Assembly: GCA_958418815.1 (NCBI GenBank)
Contig: CATZGB010000015.1
Span: 113 to 64,112 of the forward strand
Reading direction: 5' to 3'
Length of the DNA stretch: 64,000 nucleotides
Source: an uncultured Bacteroidales bacterium
GTDB taxonomy: Bacteria > Bacteroidota > Bacteroidia > Bacteroidales > Muribaculaceae
The translations under genes and the position numbers were made by a program. Each line of letters begins with the position of its first letter. Positions within the stretch are counted from its first letter, which is position 1. The notes under the pieces are model-generated. The model was not told where the DNA came from, made no database searches, and worked only from the letters and a program-made list of their open reading frames with translations. Shown here piece after piece: positions 18,552 to 29,700 of the stretch.

Positions 18552-19580
18552 ATGTGTAAAAAGTTTGTGATTGGCGCGTTGGCCGCATTTACGTCATTCT
18601 GCGCCTTTTCCGCCCCTGCCGATGGTGAGGCGGATGTCGAGAAGGTAGACCGTATTCCGAAAGTCCACGGAGTCTTTCTCGGTCGTTACGAAGGGGAGTG
18701 GCCCGATTACCGTCAGCGGTTCCAGGTGCGCCACGCTCGTGTGTCGCTGGAAGGTAAAATTCTGGAAGACCTTGATTACTACTTCCGTATGGATTTGTGT
18801 GACCGCGGGTCGATGAAGTTTCTTGATGCGTGGGCGAGATGGAAATTCGCCAGTGAGTTCGCTGTGCAGGCGGGCCGGTTCAGGGTGCCCTTCGGCGTGG
18901 ACGCGTTCCGTGGCCCCGGCGGCTACATATTCGCCAACCGCTCGTTCATGGCCAAGGATATGGCAAACGTGCGCCAGGTAGGTGTGCAGCTTGGCTATTA
19001 TCCCGAGTCCTTCCCCCTGACCCTGGAGGCCGGAGTGTTCAACTCCTCGGCAGGCGCCGACCAGGAGGTGTGGCAGAAAGACCTTGACTATGCTGCCAAA
19101 GCATCATACAGAATCGGTAATGTTACGCTCTCGGCCAGCTTCCTGTCGATGAAGCCGTCGGGCGTAAGGATGAACATCGTCGATGGGTCGGTGTCATGGA
19201 GGGTGTCACGCCTGTTGCTCGAAGGAGAGTACCAGCATCTTGACTATTGCGGCGACTCTTACAAGGATGTGAATGCCTGGCTGGCTTTTGCCTCGTATGG
19301 AATACCGGTCAAATGGAAGCCGTTCAACCTGTGGAGCTTCCACGGGAGATTTGACGCTATGACCGACCACTCGACCGGTGCCCCCGGCCCTGACGGTTAT
19401 CTTGTCACGGATGACGCGGCCCGCCGGCGTGTGACTGTCGGTACCTCATTGGCCTGCAATATCAACAAGGTGAAGGCCGAAATAATCCTTGACTACGAGA
19501 AATATTTCTTTGACTCGGGAGTCATCGCCCCTGTTGGGCAAAACAACAAGATTGTGGCTGAGCTGGTGCTGAAATTCTGA
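18552..19580 (+). CDS. Outer-membrane porin (phosphate-selective porin O/P-like)
   Basis: Signal peptide MCKKFVIGALAAFTSFCAFSAP, beta-strand periodicity and the C-terminal ...AELVLKF. Confidence 0.6.
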   Translation: MCKKFVIGALAAFTSFCAFSAPADGEADVEKVDRIPKVHGVFLGRYEGEWPDYRQRFQVRHARVSLEGKILEDLDYYFRMDLCDRGSMKFLDAWARWKFASEFAVQAGRFRVPFGVDAFRGPGGYIFANRSFMAKDMANVRQVGVQLGYYPESFPLTLEAGVFNSSAGADQEVWQKDLDYAAKASYRIGNVTLSASFLSMKPSGVRMNIVDGSVSWRVSRLLLEGEYQHLDYCGDSYKDVNAWLAFASYGIPVKWKPFNLWSFHGRFDAMTDHSTGAPGPDGYLVTDDAARRRVTVGTSLACNINKVKAEIILDYEKYFFDSGVIAPVGQNNKIVAELVLKF

Positions 19581-19605
19581 CAAAGCAGTGTGTCAGGGGT
19601 ACGTC

Positions 19606-21480
19606 CTACGGGATGTAGACCACCTGCATGCGGCAGTTGCGGCAGTCAAAATCGAGGCGGAACCGTTTCCCCTCGGATGTGAGATACAACGGAGAGGGGA
19701 GTTTGTTCCCCTCTTTGTTTTTAAGGCATGCCCCCATCTCGCGCCGCAGGCAATATCGTGTCTCCATGACCCGGGTCTCTCCGGCAGGTTTGTCGGTGGT
19801 TTCCATTGCTTTTGGGATGGAAGAGGTGGCCTGGCGCGACAGCGAGGCGTAAAAATCAGCCGCGATATGGTTGGCTATGTTGTCATGGCGCGACAGATGT
19901 TTGCCTTGCGGAAGCATCACGCCGGCAGATGGTCGGCCTGGCAATTCGCGCTTGTGTGTCGTCTGGCGGGCGATGTCGAGCATCTGCGCGCCGTTGCGTC
20001 TCAGCCGCCCAAGGGTCGAAGCCGGGATGAATGACTGGCCGCAGAGGTCTTTGACGGATGCCGCGTGGAAAATCGTGTCTCCAAGCTTCTCAAGTTCTTT
20101 CCGGCGGCGTTCCTCCTGCGGCGACCGTGCTTCCTGCCGCTCAGCTTCCTCGGCGACGGTCACTTCGAGTCCGGTCTCGTCGCGCAGAGAGAGCGTCACT
20201 TGATTACCGGTCCATTTCAGTTCCATGTCCACAGCGAGTTTCCGTGTGGCGGTCTTGCCTGCGAGCATATCGGCGCGCTCCTTATCGGCGTTGCGGTAGA
20301 GGATGGCTCCGGGAGGCACGGCTATTTCCCCGGCGGGGTAGAGACGGTCGCCGTCGACGCGGTTGAGGCGGAATCCTCTGAACTCACCGTCGCGGGTGTA
20401 GAATCCAAGCCCGTCGCCATTGTTAAGCGGCTTGTAAAGGGTGGCGGTGATGGCTTTGCCTCCTTGTGTGCGGCCGGTCACCTTGCCTACCTTTGTGCCG
20501 GTCCATTTCGGCGAGTCGAATGTGGCGAGCGAGCCGGCTGCCGGTGATGGGGTGGTGAGGAAATAATTTGTGAATCCACGGTTGAAACTGAGTGCAGGAT
20601 CAGGCGTGAATGTCAGCTCGGATTTTCCATATGATGCACGGCGGTAACGTTCGGGGTGCGCAGCAATGATGCTGTCGAGTTTCCGGCGGTATGCGCCGAC
20701 CACATTCTTGACATATGCCTCATCTTTCAGTCTCCCCTCGATTTTGAGCGAGGTGGCCCCGGCATCGAGCAGTGCCTCAAGATTGTCGAGGCGGTTCATG
20801 TCGCGCAGTGACAGCAGGTGTTTGCCTTTGACAAGGGTATTTCCAGCGTTGTCCTCAAGGTCGAACTTGAAACGGCACACCTGGCAGCATTCTCCTCGGT
20901 TGGCGCTGCGCCTGGTGATGGCGAGGCTTGCCTGGCAGGCGCCGCTGTAGCTGACACACAAAGCTCCGTGGACAAACACCTCGAGGTCTGTGTCGACCGC
21001 TTCACGGATACGGCGGATTTCATCCAAGGTGAGTTCGCGGGCAAGGACAAGACGGGTGAACCCGCATTGCGCGAGGAAGCGGGCTTTCTCAGGGTCGCGT
21101 GTGTCGCATTGGGTGGAGGCGTGGAGCGCAATGGGGGGCAATCCCTCCATCCTTGTCAGCGCGAGGTCCTGCACGATTACAGCGTCGACGTCGGCCCTCC
21201 ACAAGGCCCACATCAGTCTGCGTGCCTCTTCAAGCTCGTGGTCATAGATGATGGTGTTGACGGTCACATAGACCCGCGCCCCGAAACGGTGGGCGTGGCG
21301 GGCCACTGCGGCGATTTCATCCACCGGATTGCCGGCCTGGGCCCTCGCCCCGAATGAGGCGGCTCCCATATAGACCGCGTCTGCGCCATGGTCGATTGCG
21401 GCGATGGCTGTGGCCGCGTCGCGGGCCGGGGCGAGCAACTCGATTTCTGCTGGTTTAACTGCTGTCTTGGTGTCTGTCAT
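19606..21480 (-). CDS. U32-family peptidase-like protein (collagenase-like / RNA-hydroxylation-type family)
   Basis: N-terminal ELLAPARD...[15 protein letters not shown]-barrel motif and a Cys cluster (CVSYSGACQ...CCQVCR). The start is taken at MTDTKTA (21480). Confidence 0.85.
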   Translation of the reverse strand: MTDTKTAVKPAEIELLAPARDAATAIAAIDHGADAVYMGAASFGARAQAGNPVDEIAAVARHAHRFGARVYVTVNTIIYDHELEEARRLMWALWRADVDAVIVQDLALTRMEGLPPIALHASTQCDTRDPEKARFLAQCGFTRLVLARELTLDEIRRIREAVDTDLEVFVHGALCVSYSGACQASLAITRRSANRGECCQVCRFKFDLEDNAGNTLVKGKHLLSLRDMNRLDNLEALLDAGATSLKIEGRLKDEAYVKNVVGAYRRKLDSIIAAHPERYRRASYGKSELTFTPDPALSFNRGFTNYFLTTPSPAAGSLATFDSPKWTGTKVGKVTGRTQGGKAITATLYKPLNNGDGLGFYTRDGEFRGFRLNRVDGDRLYPAGEIAVPPGAILYRNADKERADMLAGKTATRKLAVDMELKWTGNQVTLSLRDETGLEVTVAEEAERQEARSPQEERRRKELEKLGDTIFHAASVKDLCGQSFIPASTLGRLRRNGAQMLDIARQTTHKRELPGRPSAGVMLPQGKHLSRHDNIANHIAADFYASLSRQATSSIPKAMETTDKPAGETRVMETRYCLRREMGACLKNKEGNKLPSPLYLTSEGKRFRLDFDCRNCRMQVVYIP

Positions 21481-21580
21481 TGCGGGTTCAAAATTACAAA
21501 AAAGCGGCAAGTCTGGCAATAAAAACGGCTTTTAAAGAAATTTGTGAAGAAATCGTGACCGCCGTAACCGACTTTATTGC

Positions 21581-21588
21581 TAATTTTG
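21581..21588 (+). promoter_or_regulatory. -7 box TAATTTTG upstream of pta
   Basis: TAnnTTTG match in the divergent intergenic region between the U32 gene and pta. Confidence 0.45.
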
Positions 21589-21671
21589 CAATGCGATTGC
21601 CATGCACGGGCGCTCTTTACCCGCGACGGGGCTTAAACTCTGATAACAACAGACTAACATACGTTTCATTT

Positions 21672-22673
21672 ATGAGTCTTTTTGCAAGATTGACTGCGAG
21701 GGCGAAAGACAACCTTCGCAAAATCGTGCTCCCTGAGGGAGACGAGACCAGGAATCTGACTGCCGCTGACCAGATTCTCGCCGACAATGTGGCGGAAATA
21801 ATCCTTCTGGGTGAACCCGAGGCTATCATGGCCAAGGCCGCCGAGCTTGGACTGAAAAACATCTCCAAGGCCACAATTGTGAATCCCGCCGACGAAGCTG
21901 TCATTGACAAATACGCTCCGCTGCTTTTCGAACTCAGGAAGAAGAAAGGGATGACAATGGAGGAGGCCCGCAAGAAGACCACCGACATTCTTTACCTTGG
22001 AGCCCTGCTTGTCAAGGCGGGAGATGCCGACGGCATGGTGTCCGGCGCTGTGCATTCCACCGGCGACGTCCTGCGCGCGGCTTTCCAGGTAATCAAGACC
22101 GCCCCCGGCATTGACACTGTCTCGGGTGCTTTCCTGATGCTTCTGCCTAAAGACTCCCCCTATGGCGAAAACGGCATACTGGTTTTTGCCGACTGCGCCG
22201 TCGTGCCTGATCCCGATGCGCGCCAGCTGGCCCAGATTGCTGTCAGCGCGGCTCAGACAGCCGAGCGTGTGGCCGGAATCGAGCCGCGTGTGGCCATTCT
22301 CTCCTTCTCAACCAAGGGAAGCGCCCGCCACGAACGTGTCGACAAAGTAATCGAGGCGACCCGCATCGCCCATGAGATGGCTCCCGACCTGAAGCTTGAC
22401 GGCGAGCTCCAGGCCGACGCGGCCATGGTGCCCTCGGTAGGTGCGTTGAAAGCCCCCGAAAGCCCCATCTCCGGAAAGGCCGACGTGCTGGTGTTCCCCT
22501 CCCTCGAGGTGGGCAACATCGCCTACAAGCTCGTGCAGCGTCTTGCCGGCGTGGAAGCCGTGGGCCCGCTTCTGCAGGGCCTCGCCGCCCCCGTGAGCGA
22601 CCTCTCCCGCGGATGCTCTGCCGAAGACATCTACAAGACAATCATCATGACAGCCAATCAATCCATAAAATAA
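21672..22673 (+). CDS. pta: Phosphate acetyltransferase
   Basis: [25 protein letters not shown]..., then [12 protein letters not shown], with the end ...[10 protein letters not shown]. The start is taken at the internal ATG at 21672. Confidence 0.93.
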   Translation: MSLFARLTARAKDNLRKIVLPEGDETRNLTAADQILADNVAEIILLGEPEAIMAKAAELGLKNISKATIVNPADEAVIDKYAPLLFELRKKKGMTMEEARKKTTDILYLGALLVKAGDADGMVSGAVHSTGDVLRAAFQVIKTAPGIDTVSGAFLMLLPKDSPYGENGILVFADCAVVPDPDARQLAQIAVSAAQTAERVAGIEPRVAILSFSTKGSARHERVDKVIEATRIAHEMAPDLKLDGELQADAAMVPSVGALKAPESPISGKADVLVFPSLEVGNIAYKLVQRLAGVEAVGPLLQGLAAPVSDLSRGCSAEDIYKTIIMTANQSIK

Positions 22674-22688
22674 AATCAAACGATACCA

Positions 22689-23894
22689 ATGAAGATACTC
22701 GTGCTCAACTGCGGAAGCAGTTCTGTGAAATACAAACTCATCGACACCGCCGACGAGGCTGTCCTCGCCGAGGGTGGTGTGGAGAAAATCGGTCTGCCCG
22801 ACGGATTCCTCAAATACCGTCTGGCCGATGGCTCCAAGGCCATCCGCGAGCTTGGGATGGTAGACCACAAGGGGGCTGTCAAGGCTGTCCTTGACATACT
22901 GACCGACCCCGAGCTGGGTTGCATTAAAAGCTATTCGGAAATCGACGCTGTCGGCCACAGGGTGGTCCATGGAGCCGAGAAATTCTCCCAAAGCGTGCTG
23001 CTTACCGACGAGGTGATACAGCAGGTCAAGGATTGCTATGACCTCGCTCCGCTGCATAACCCCGCCAATGTCACCGGTATCGAGGCTGTGGAGGAAATCC
23101 TTCCCGGGATCAAGCAGGTAGGCGTGTTCGACACCGCTTTCCACCAGACCATGCCCGCCAAGTCATTCATGTATGCCCTCCCTTACAAATATTACAAAGA
23201 GGACGGAGTGAGGCGTTATGGCTTCCACGGCACCAGCCACCGCTATGTCTCACAGCGCGTCTGCGAGATTCTCGGGGTGGACATCACCGATAAGAAAATC
23301 ATCACATGCCATGTCGGCAACGGTGGGTCGGTGACAGCTGTGCTGAACGGCAAGAGCGTTGACACCTCCATGGGACTGACCCCCACAGAGGGCCTGATGA
23401 TGGGCACACGCGTGGGCGACGTCGATCCCGGCGCGCTGGTCTTCCTTATGAAGAAACACAACCTCTCGGCCGACGACCTGCAGAAGCTGATCAACAAGGA
23501 GAGCGGCGTGATGGGCATAACCGAGCTTTCGTCAGACATGCGCGAAATCGAGTCTGCCGACAAGAACGGCGATGAGCGTGCCCACCTCGCGCTCGAGATG
23601 TATGAGCAGCGTATCATCAAATATGTAGGCGCGTATGCCGCCGAGATGGGCGGTGTCGACATCATCGTCTTCACCGGCGGTGTGGGTGAGAACCAGACCG
23701 GCGTGCGCAGCAATGTATGCCGTCCTCTCGCCTTCATGGGCGTCGAGATTGACGAGGAACTCAACGCGCGCACAAGAGGCACCGAGACTGTGATCTCCAC
23801 TCCCGGCTCGAAAGTGAAGGTGGTGGTCGTGCCAACCGACGAGGAGCTGATGATCGCCCGCGACACCGAGGCGATTGTGAACGCCTCCAAATAA
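22689..23894 (+). CDS. ackA: Acetate kinase
   Basis: MKILVLNCGSSSVKYKL, then HRVVHG, then GFHGTSHRYV and FTGGVGEN. Confidence 0.95.
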   Translation: MKILVLNCGSSSVKYKLIDTADEAVLAEGGVEKIGLPDGFLKYRLADGSKAIRELGMVDHKGAVKAVLDILTDPELGCIKSYSEIDAVGHRVVHGAEKFSQSVLLTDEVIQQVKDCYDLAPLHNPANVTGIEAVEEILPGIKQVGVFDTAFHQTMPAKSFMYALPYKYYKEDGVRRYGFHGTSHRYVSQRVCEILGVDITDKKIITCHVGNGGSVTAVLNGKSVDTSMGLTPTEGLMMGTRVGDVDPGALVFLMKKHNLSADDLQKLINKESGVMGITELSSDMREIESADKNGDERAHLALEMYEQRIIKYVGAYAAEMGGVDIIVFTGGVGENQTGVRSNVCRPLAFMGVEIDEELNARTRGTETVISTPGSKVKVVVVPTDEELMIARDTEAIVNASK

Positions 23895-23903
23895 ACGTCG
23901 CTT

Positions 23904-24800
23904 ATGCTCGATTTCATCACATGGAATGTCGATCCGGTTCTGTTTCATCTCGGTCCGCTGACAGTGAGATGGTACGGAATGATGTTCGTCATAGGCTTCA
24001 TCCTCGGCTACAAGATTGTCGAGAAGATGTTTCGCAGGGAGGGCGCTCCTGAAAGCTGGCTCGGCATATTGCTGATATATGTCATCGTCGCCACAATCGT
24101 CGGCGCGCGCCTGGGCCACGTGTTCTTTTACGCGTGGGATTACTACTCCCAGCATCCCATCGAAATACTCTACACCTGGGAGGGAGGGCTTGCCAGCCAT
24201 GGCGGCACCATCGGCCTGCTCATCGCTGTCATCCTGTTCTCGATATTCACCACGAAGCGCACGCCCTTCTGGACGTATGACCGCCTGGTCATCGCCATAG
24301 CCCTCGTCGGTGCGCTCATAAGGATCGGCAATCTGATGAACCATGAAATCTACGGTCATCCGACCGATTTGCCATGGGGATTCAGGTTTGTCACCAACCT
24401 CGGGCCTTGGATGGCAGGCATGCAGCCTCCGGTATATTCCCTCCCCTCGCATCCGACACAGATATATGAGGCGCTGTGTTACCTCGGGCTGTTCGGCCTG
24501 CTGATGTGGATGTACTGGAAGAAGAACGCCGGCGAGCGTCCCGGATTGATTTTCGGTGTGTTCTTCATCGTGCTTTTCGGCTCACGTTTCCTGATAGAGT
24601 TCATAAAGAATCCGCAGGAGGAGTTTGAGGTGGGGATGACGCTCAACATGGGCCAATGGCTGTCAGTCCCGTTCATACTCATGGGCATCGGCTTTGTCAT
24701 ATATTCCATGATGGCCCCGAAGCTGAAAATCAGTTATCCCGGCAAATTCGCCGAAGAGCTGGAGAACGCTAAAAACGGCGTGTCGAAAAAGAAAAACTGA
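23904..24800 (+). CDS. lgt: Prolipoprotein diacylglyceryl transferase
   Basis: LTVRWYGMMFVIGF, WEGGLASHGG and HPTQIYE motifs on a polytopic membrane protein. Confidence 0.92.
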   Translation: MLDFITWNVDPVLFHLGPLTVRWYGMMFVIGFILGYKIVEKMFRREGAPESWLGILLIYVIVATIVGARLGHVFFYAWDYYSQHPIEILYTWEGGLASHGGTIGLLIAVILFSIFTTKRTPFWTYDRLVIAIALVGALIRIGNLMNHEIYGHPTDLPWGFRFVTNLGPWMAGMQPPVYSLPSHPTQIYEALCYLGLFGLLMWMYWKKNAGERPGLIFGVFFIVLFGSRFLIEFIKNPQEEFEVGMTLNMGQWLSVPFILMGIGFVIYSMMAPKLKISYPGKFAEELENAKNGVSKKKN

Positions 24801-24858
24801 CCACACGCCACAAACGGATGTGCGCAATATCCGTCGCTATAGTCGATATACAAGAAAA

Positions 24859-24893
24859 ATGGTGTTCCTCTACTCAGGAATGCCATTTTTTTT
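24859..24893 (+). terminator. Intrinsic terminator after lgt
   Basis: Stem atggtgttcc / ggaatgccat (two G-U pairs) followed by T7. Confidence 0.65.
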
Positions 24894-24895
24894 CT

Positions 24896-24903
24896 TAACT
24901 TTG
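24896..24903 (+). promoter_or_regulatory. -7 box TAACTTTG
   Basis: TAnnTTTG match directly after the lgt terminator, upstream of the small membrane ORF. Confidence 0.45.
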
Positions 24904-24956
24904 TGTGGAATGAATTACGTCCCCCGATTGACGGCAATCACATAGCAATCAAACCG

Positions 24957-25271
24957 ATGATTAAACGAATAGACAAGTCAACAGAAAGGAAATTGTATTG
25001 GTTGTTCATACCGATGGCAGTGGTTTGCGTGTGGCTGATGGTCTACCTGTTTTCAGGAGCCAACCTTCTGCTTGATTGGTTCGGCATTGATATCGATGTG
25101 TTGACATGGTGCAAACCCGCCCTCATTGTCTCCCTGCTCATAGTCTTCTCGGGCTACTCCATAGCAGCCATACGGCAAAAATGCTGGGGAGAATTTGCAA
25201 TAAGCCTGGTAATGCTCCTGGTGGTTCTCCTCAACATGGGGAATATCTTTGTCGACCTGCTTATGCCATAA
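24957..25271 (+). CDS. Small hypothetical membrane protein (3 predicted TM segments)
   Basis: ORF from MIKRIDKST...; hydrophobic segments. I recognise no family. Host or phage origin is unclear. Confidence 0.45.
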   Translation: MIKRIDKSTERKLYWLFIPMAVVCVWLMVYLFSGANLLLDWFGIDIDVLTWCKPALIVSLLIVFSGYSIAAIRQKCWGEFAISLVMLLVVLLNMGNIFVDLLMP

Positions 25272-25330
25272 AGTCATCCCCTCGGCGATACCACCTCCGG
25301 CCTTCATTGGAACACAGTAATGAAAAAAAA

Positions 25331-25371
25331 GCCCGCAATCGTTTGGATTACAGGCTTTTCGTGTTTTTTTT
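25331..25371 (+). terminator. Hairpin flanked by A-run and T-run (bidirectional-type terminator)
   Basis: aaaaaaaa-gcccgcaatc gtttg gattacaggc-ttttcgtgtttttttt. The stem pairs at 8 of 10 positions. Confidence 0.5.
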
Positions 25372-25459
25372 GTCGGGGTGACTGGAGCAATCCGACCTTC
25401 GATGCAACATCCAAGGTGCTTTCCCGTTGGTGGTTCCTGGTTTGTAATTTGTGGCCGTG

Positions 25460-25825
25460 TTATTGTTTTGTAGCTTTTAATTCTGCTATGTTGGATTCCA
25501 GGAGCCTGATGTATCGCTCCTGATTGTCGATGATTGTCTTATAAAGTTTTTCGTTGCTTCCGATTGTAATGTTGGCAGTACCAAGAACTGCAGAGGCTGT
25601 GTTCTCTGAATTGTTTTTCACTATGGGAAATGCGCAGTCGAACACTTTGGAGATGGGTAGTCCACTGGCTTGGCATAGTTTTTCCAGAAGCGCTGCGTCT
25701 ATTGAGCTTTTGTGAAAAATAGAGGAGAGATAGTTATAGGTGATTCCCGCTGATAGGGCCACTTCTTTTTTCGTTAATCCGTTGGTTTCAATGTGCTTCT
25801 TTAGAAGCTGGCCAAAATTCTGCAT
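25460..25825 (-). CDS. XRE-family HTH repressor (CI-like)
   Basis: N-terminal HTH (LTKKEVALSAGITYNYLSSIF). It is divergent from a small Cro-like gene and lies in a locally AT-rich island. Confidence 0.8.
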   Translation of the reverse strand: MQNFGQLLKKHIETNGLTKKEVALSAGITYNYLSSIFHKSSIDAALLEKLCQASGLPISKVFDCAFPIVKNNSENTASAVLGTANITIGSNEKLYKTIIDNQERYIRLLESNIAELKATKQ

Positions 25826-25900
25826 AGTTTGAAATTGTTAATTATGCTTAAACCATCTGTGAATTATGTCTCAGATTGATTATGGTTTTGATTTTCTGTG

Positions 25901-25908
25901 TAACTTTG
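25901..25908 (+). promoter_or_regulatory. -7 box TAACTTTG, early rightward promoter
   Basis: TAnnTTTG match about 40 nt upstream of the Cro-like ATG, in the divergent control region 25826-25946. Confidence 0.5.
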
Positions 25909-25946
25909 CGACATAAAATTACCAAAAAAAGTCCAAATAATCAAGG

Positions 25947-26168
25947 ATGATGACAGCTAATCAGGTCTTTGTTCGACATATGGATGAACTAATGCGACAA
26001 AATCCAACAGAAACGCGAAAGATTATCCGGGCAATAAAGGATGCCTGTGATATTTCCACGCCTGTCTATTCAAATTGGCGCTGTGGAAGGACTCCGATAC
26101 GTAAACTCCAACAGCGCGAAATTACACGAATTCTTGGTGTTGATTTGTTTGAAGATGTCACAAATTGA
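25947..26168 (+). CDS. Small Cro-like DNA-binding protein
   Basis: 73 aa. Its position is divergent to the repressor, with an HTH-like ISTPVYSNWRCGRTPIRK. Confidence 0.6.
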   Translation: MMTANQVFVRHMDELMRQNPTETRKIIRAIKDACDISTPVYSNWRCGRTPIRKLQQREITRILGVDLFEDVTN

Positions 26169-26739
26169 AAATATTGGCACAAACAGGCCATCGTTTGATG
26201 TAGAGTTCTATGGCTACGAGGGCGAAATCTGGTATCGGCTTGAGGATGGCACAACCGCCAGGCTTCGTGAGTCAGATTCGGAATTGTTGTCAACCCTTCT
26301 GGATGTGATAGAGCGTTTTTTTCCCCAGGCCTATGCGGCATTGTGTGATGAATACCGGGCCTGCCGGCCAAATATGCCCTATTTTCGGTACCGTGCTGTC
26401 TGCCGTTTCCTGAAATGTAATTTTGCGGTGCTTGACAATTCTCCGGATTTCTCTGGAGGTATGTTCCGGAATTTCGAGTACATCTCCTGCCCGATGCGTG
26501 GGGAATGCCCTCACGAGTGCGTTATCTGCCGCCCGGCTTTCAACCACAGGCTTTCAGATGCTGAAATCAGGGTGATGTCGTTGTGGTGTGACGGGCTTAC
26601 AGAGCCAGACATTGCCTCGCGCCTTTGCCTGAGCCCTCACACGGTGCATAACCACATTCGCAATGCGTATGCTCGTGTGGGAGTTGTTTCAAAAGCCCAG
26701 TTCATACGGTATGCAACCGATCATTCCCTTTTCCGATGA
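26155..26739 (+). CDS. LuxR/GerE-type HTH regulator with Cys-rich segment
   Basis: C-terminal LSDAEIRVMSLWCDGLTEPDIASRLCLSPHTVHNHIRNAYARVGV, preceded by CPMRGECPHECVIC. The start is at MSQIENI and overlaps the upstream stop. Confidence 0.75.
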   Translation: MSQIENIGTNRPSFDVEFYGYEGEIWYRLEDGTTARLRESDSELLSTLLDVIERFFPQAYAALCDEYRACRPNMPYFRYRAVCRFLKCNFAVLDNSPDFSGGMFRNFEYISCPMRGECPHECVICRPAFNHRLSDAEIRVMSLWCDGLTEPDIASRLCLSPHTVHNHIRNAYARVGVVSKAQFIRYATDHSLFR

Positions 26740-29700
26740 GCGATTTCCAGAAATATGACAAGTTCCAGATTGAGGAGCTGAAACGTGATGCCGACATTCG
26801 TTTGTTCATCCCCGGCTGCGACGAGTCCAAGCGTGACCAGAAGATTGTCTGTCCGTTTTGTGGACAGAATAAATTCTCGGTAGTCCATAAGAACGGCAAA
26901 AACCTGGCAAAGTGCTTTGGGTGTGACGTGTCTTTCGCCAACGGTGTGGCTGCGGTGATGAAGCTCAATGGTATGGATTTTCTTCCGGCGGTTGAATATG
27001 TGGCCGAGAGGGCTAATTTCGTGCTTGTGCCACGCGACCAGAAGCGCCGTTCAAAGGTTGAGAAGCTCAAGGGTGGCAACCTCAAGTCGTTTTGTTCGCA
27101 GCAGCTCGAGGAGTCCGGCCTCACTATGGATGACATTGTCGCGCGGGTTTTGGATTCGCAAGGCCGCGAAGACTGGGTGGTGCCGTTTCGCAAAGGAGGT
27201 GTCGACGCGCCTTTTCAGCCCAACGACACCGATGATGAGATGCTGATTCATTATTACGGCCTTGACGGTCGCCCTAAGACGTATGTCCCCAGGGGCAATG
27301 GCGGCCGCCCCAAGCCGTATGTTCGTGTCAGGTGGTCGAACCCAGACCTGCATCCTGACAACGATGGCAAACCTACAAAATACAAGACCCCAGCCGGTGC
27401 CCCCTCCCAGGTCTACGTCCCGCAGTATATCCGGACAAAATATCAGGCCGGGGAACATCTTGAGACCCTTTTCATTCAGGAAGGGGAGAAAAAGGCGGAG
27501 AAAGCCTGCAAGCATGGAGTCCCGTCGATAGGCATTCAGGGCATCAACAATTTCGGCACAACCCAGGACGGGTTGCTGCAAGACATCCAATACCTGGTCA
27601 AGAAATGCTCCGTCCGCAATGTCGTGTTGCTCATGGACTCGGACTGGCAGGGACTTCACCGCAACATCATCACCGGTGATGACATCACCAAGCGTCCAAA
27701 CTCGTTCTGCAAGGCCGTCATCAAATTCAAGGTGTTCATCAACTCGTTGCACAACCGGGGGTATTCTGTCGATGTCTGGTGGGGCCACGTCAACGATAAC
27801 GAGGCCGGAGACAAGGGGGTGGACGACTTGCTGTGCAACACGTTGAAAGGCCGGGAGGGAGACCTGCTCAGCTCAATCGATGAGGCCATGCACTCCCACA
27901 ACGGGAAATCCTCCCTTGTCGACATACACAAGATAACCTCCATCAGCGACAAGCAGATCGAGGATTTCTGGCTGCTAAACGACGACCAGGCTTTTTATGA
28001 CCTGCATAAGGAGCGATTGGCTGATGTCGAGACGTTCAAGATTAAGAGGATCCGCTACAAGGTGGAGAACGGTCGCCTCGTGCAGGTGAACCGTTATTCC
28101 TCCGACATTGACATATGGAGCATAGAGACGGATTCCAAAGACAGGAAGAAAGTCGTGTTCAACGCCCTTGAGACTTTTGAGTTCCTCAAGGCCAATGGCT
28201 TCTTCCGCCTGCGCACCGTCAACTCAGACGGGACAGTGACCTTCGACTTCATCCGCATCGATGATGGAATAATCGAACGCACGTCGCCCATCGAGATCCG
28301 GGATTTTATCCGCGACTATATCGACAGCACCTGCCGCGAGTATATCGTCAAGAATTTCTTCCGGGAGAAGATGGATTCAATACTTGCTGACAAGAAGATG
28401 GAGAATCTCGCCCGTGTCGATAATGATTTCGATGATTTCAGGCCGGAGCTCCAGAGGTTGTATTACAACAACGGCACCGTGGAGATCACCTCCGGAGGAA
28501 TAGTGGCCGAGCAACCGATGTGCAACGTGTGGCGCACCAGGATTCTGCCTCGCAAGTTCCGGCGGGTGCCTGTCATCTCAGACATCAGCGTGGCCGATGG
28601 GGAATTCAGCGTCACTCTTACCGAAGCCGGCCGCCGCTGCGAGTTCCTGCAGTACCTCCTTAACACGTCAAACTCGTTTTATCCCCACGATGATCCCCGC
28701 GAGCTGACACAAGCCGAACATTCCGAGCTTATGCGTCATCTCGTGAACAAGATCACATCCATCGGATTCCTCCTTTGTGATTACAAGTTCCCCACGGAAT
28801 GCAAGGCGGTGGTGATCCAGGATCACCGAATGGCCGAGGTCGGCGCGAGCAATGGCGGTTCGGGCAAATCTATCCTGGGGACAGCCATCGGCAAGGTCGT
28901 GCCGCAGATTGTTTTCGACGGCAAGAAGGATGAGACCGGCCAGTTCTTTTTCGAGCGTGTGAGCCTTGCCACTCGCAACCTGTTCATTGATGACGTGCGC
29001 ACAAACTTCAACTTCGAGCGTCTGTTCCCGATGATCACCGGCGACATGATCATCGACAGGAAGAACATCGGGGCTTTGGAGATTCCTCTTGAGAAGTCCC
29101 CGAAGATTCTCATCACCACGAACCACGCCATCAACAAATCCGAGGAGGATGCCACCCGGCGGCGCATAATCTACATGGAGGTGTCGGAATGGTACAACCC
29201 TGAACACACGGTGATCGACGACTTCCACCATATGCTGTTCAACGACTGGGCGGCCGATGACCAATGGGTGTTGTTTGACAACCTGATGGCCGAATGCGTG
29301 ATGTATTACCTGCGCTCGTTCGAGCAGATGTGGCACCGCGAGGGGATGGGGGCCGTGCCGCCCCCGATGGATAACATCCGGCTGCGCTCCCTCCGGCAGG
29401 AGATGGGGGAGGCATTCTTCCAGTGGGCCGAAGAGTATTTTGACCCGTCGGGAACCAAGCTCAACGAGCGGGTGCCACGCAAGGAGATGTATTCCGCCTT
29501 CATCGACAATGTGGGCAACGGCGGCCACAGTGTCTCCCCGACCGGGTTCCGGCGCAAGCTGGAGGCATTCTGCAAGTTCAAGGGCTATGACCTTAACATC
29601 AAGAGCAAGGACAAGGCCGGACGCTCCTATGTCGACTGGAGGAAGAAACACAAGTCCGAGTCATTCCTCGGCGTTGCCGACAAGTCGGGCGGCGCTGAAT

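Noticed and set aside
25372-25459. Possible tRNA 3' fragment or attL core at the left prophage junction (ggtgactggagcaatccgacc...)
   Set aside because: No T-arm consensus or acceptor pairing could be folded, and no matching repeat was found near 63.9-64.0 kb. The boundary is left undefined.
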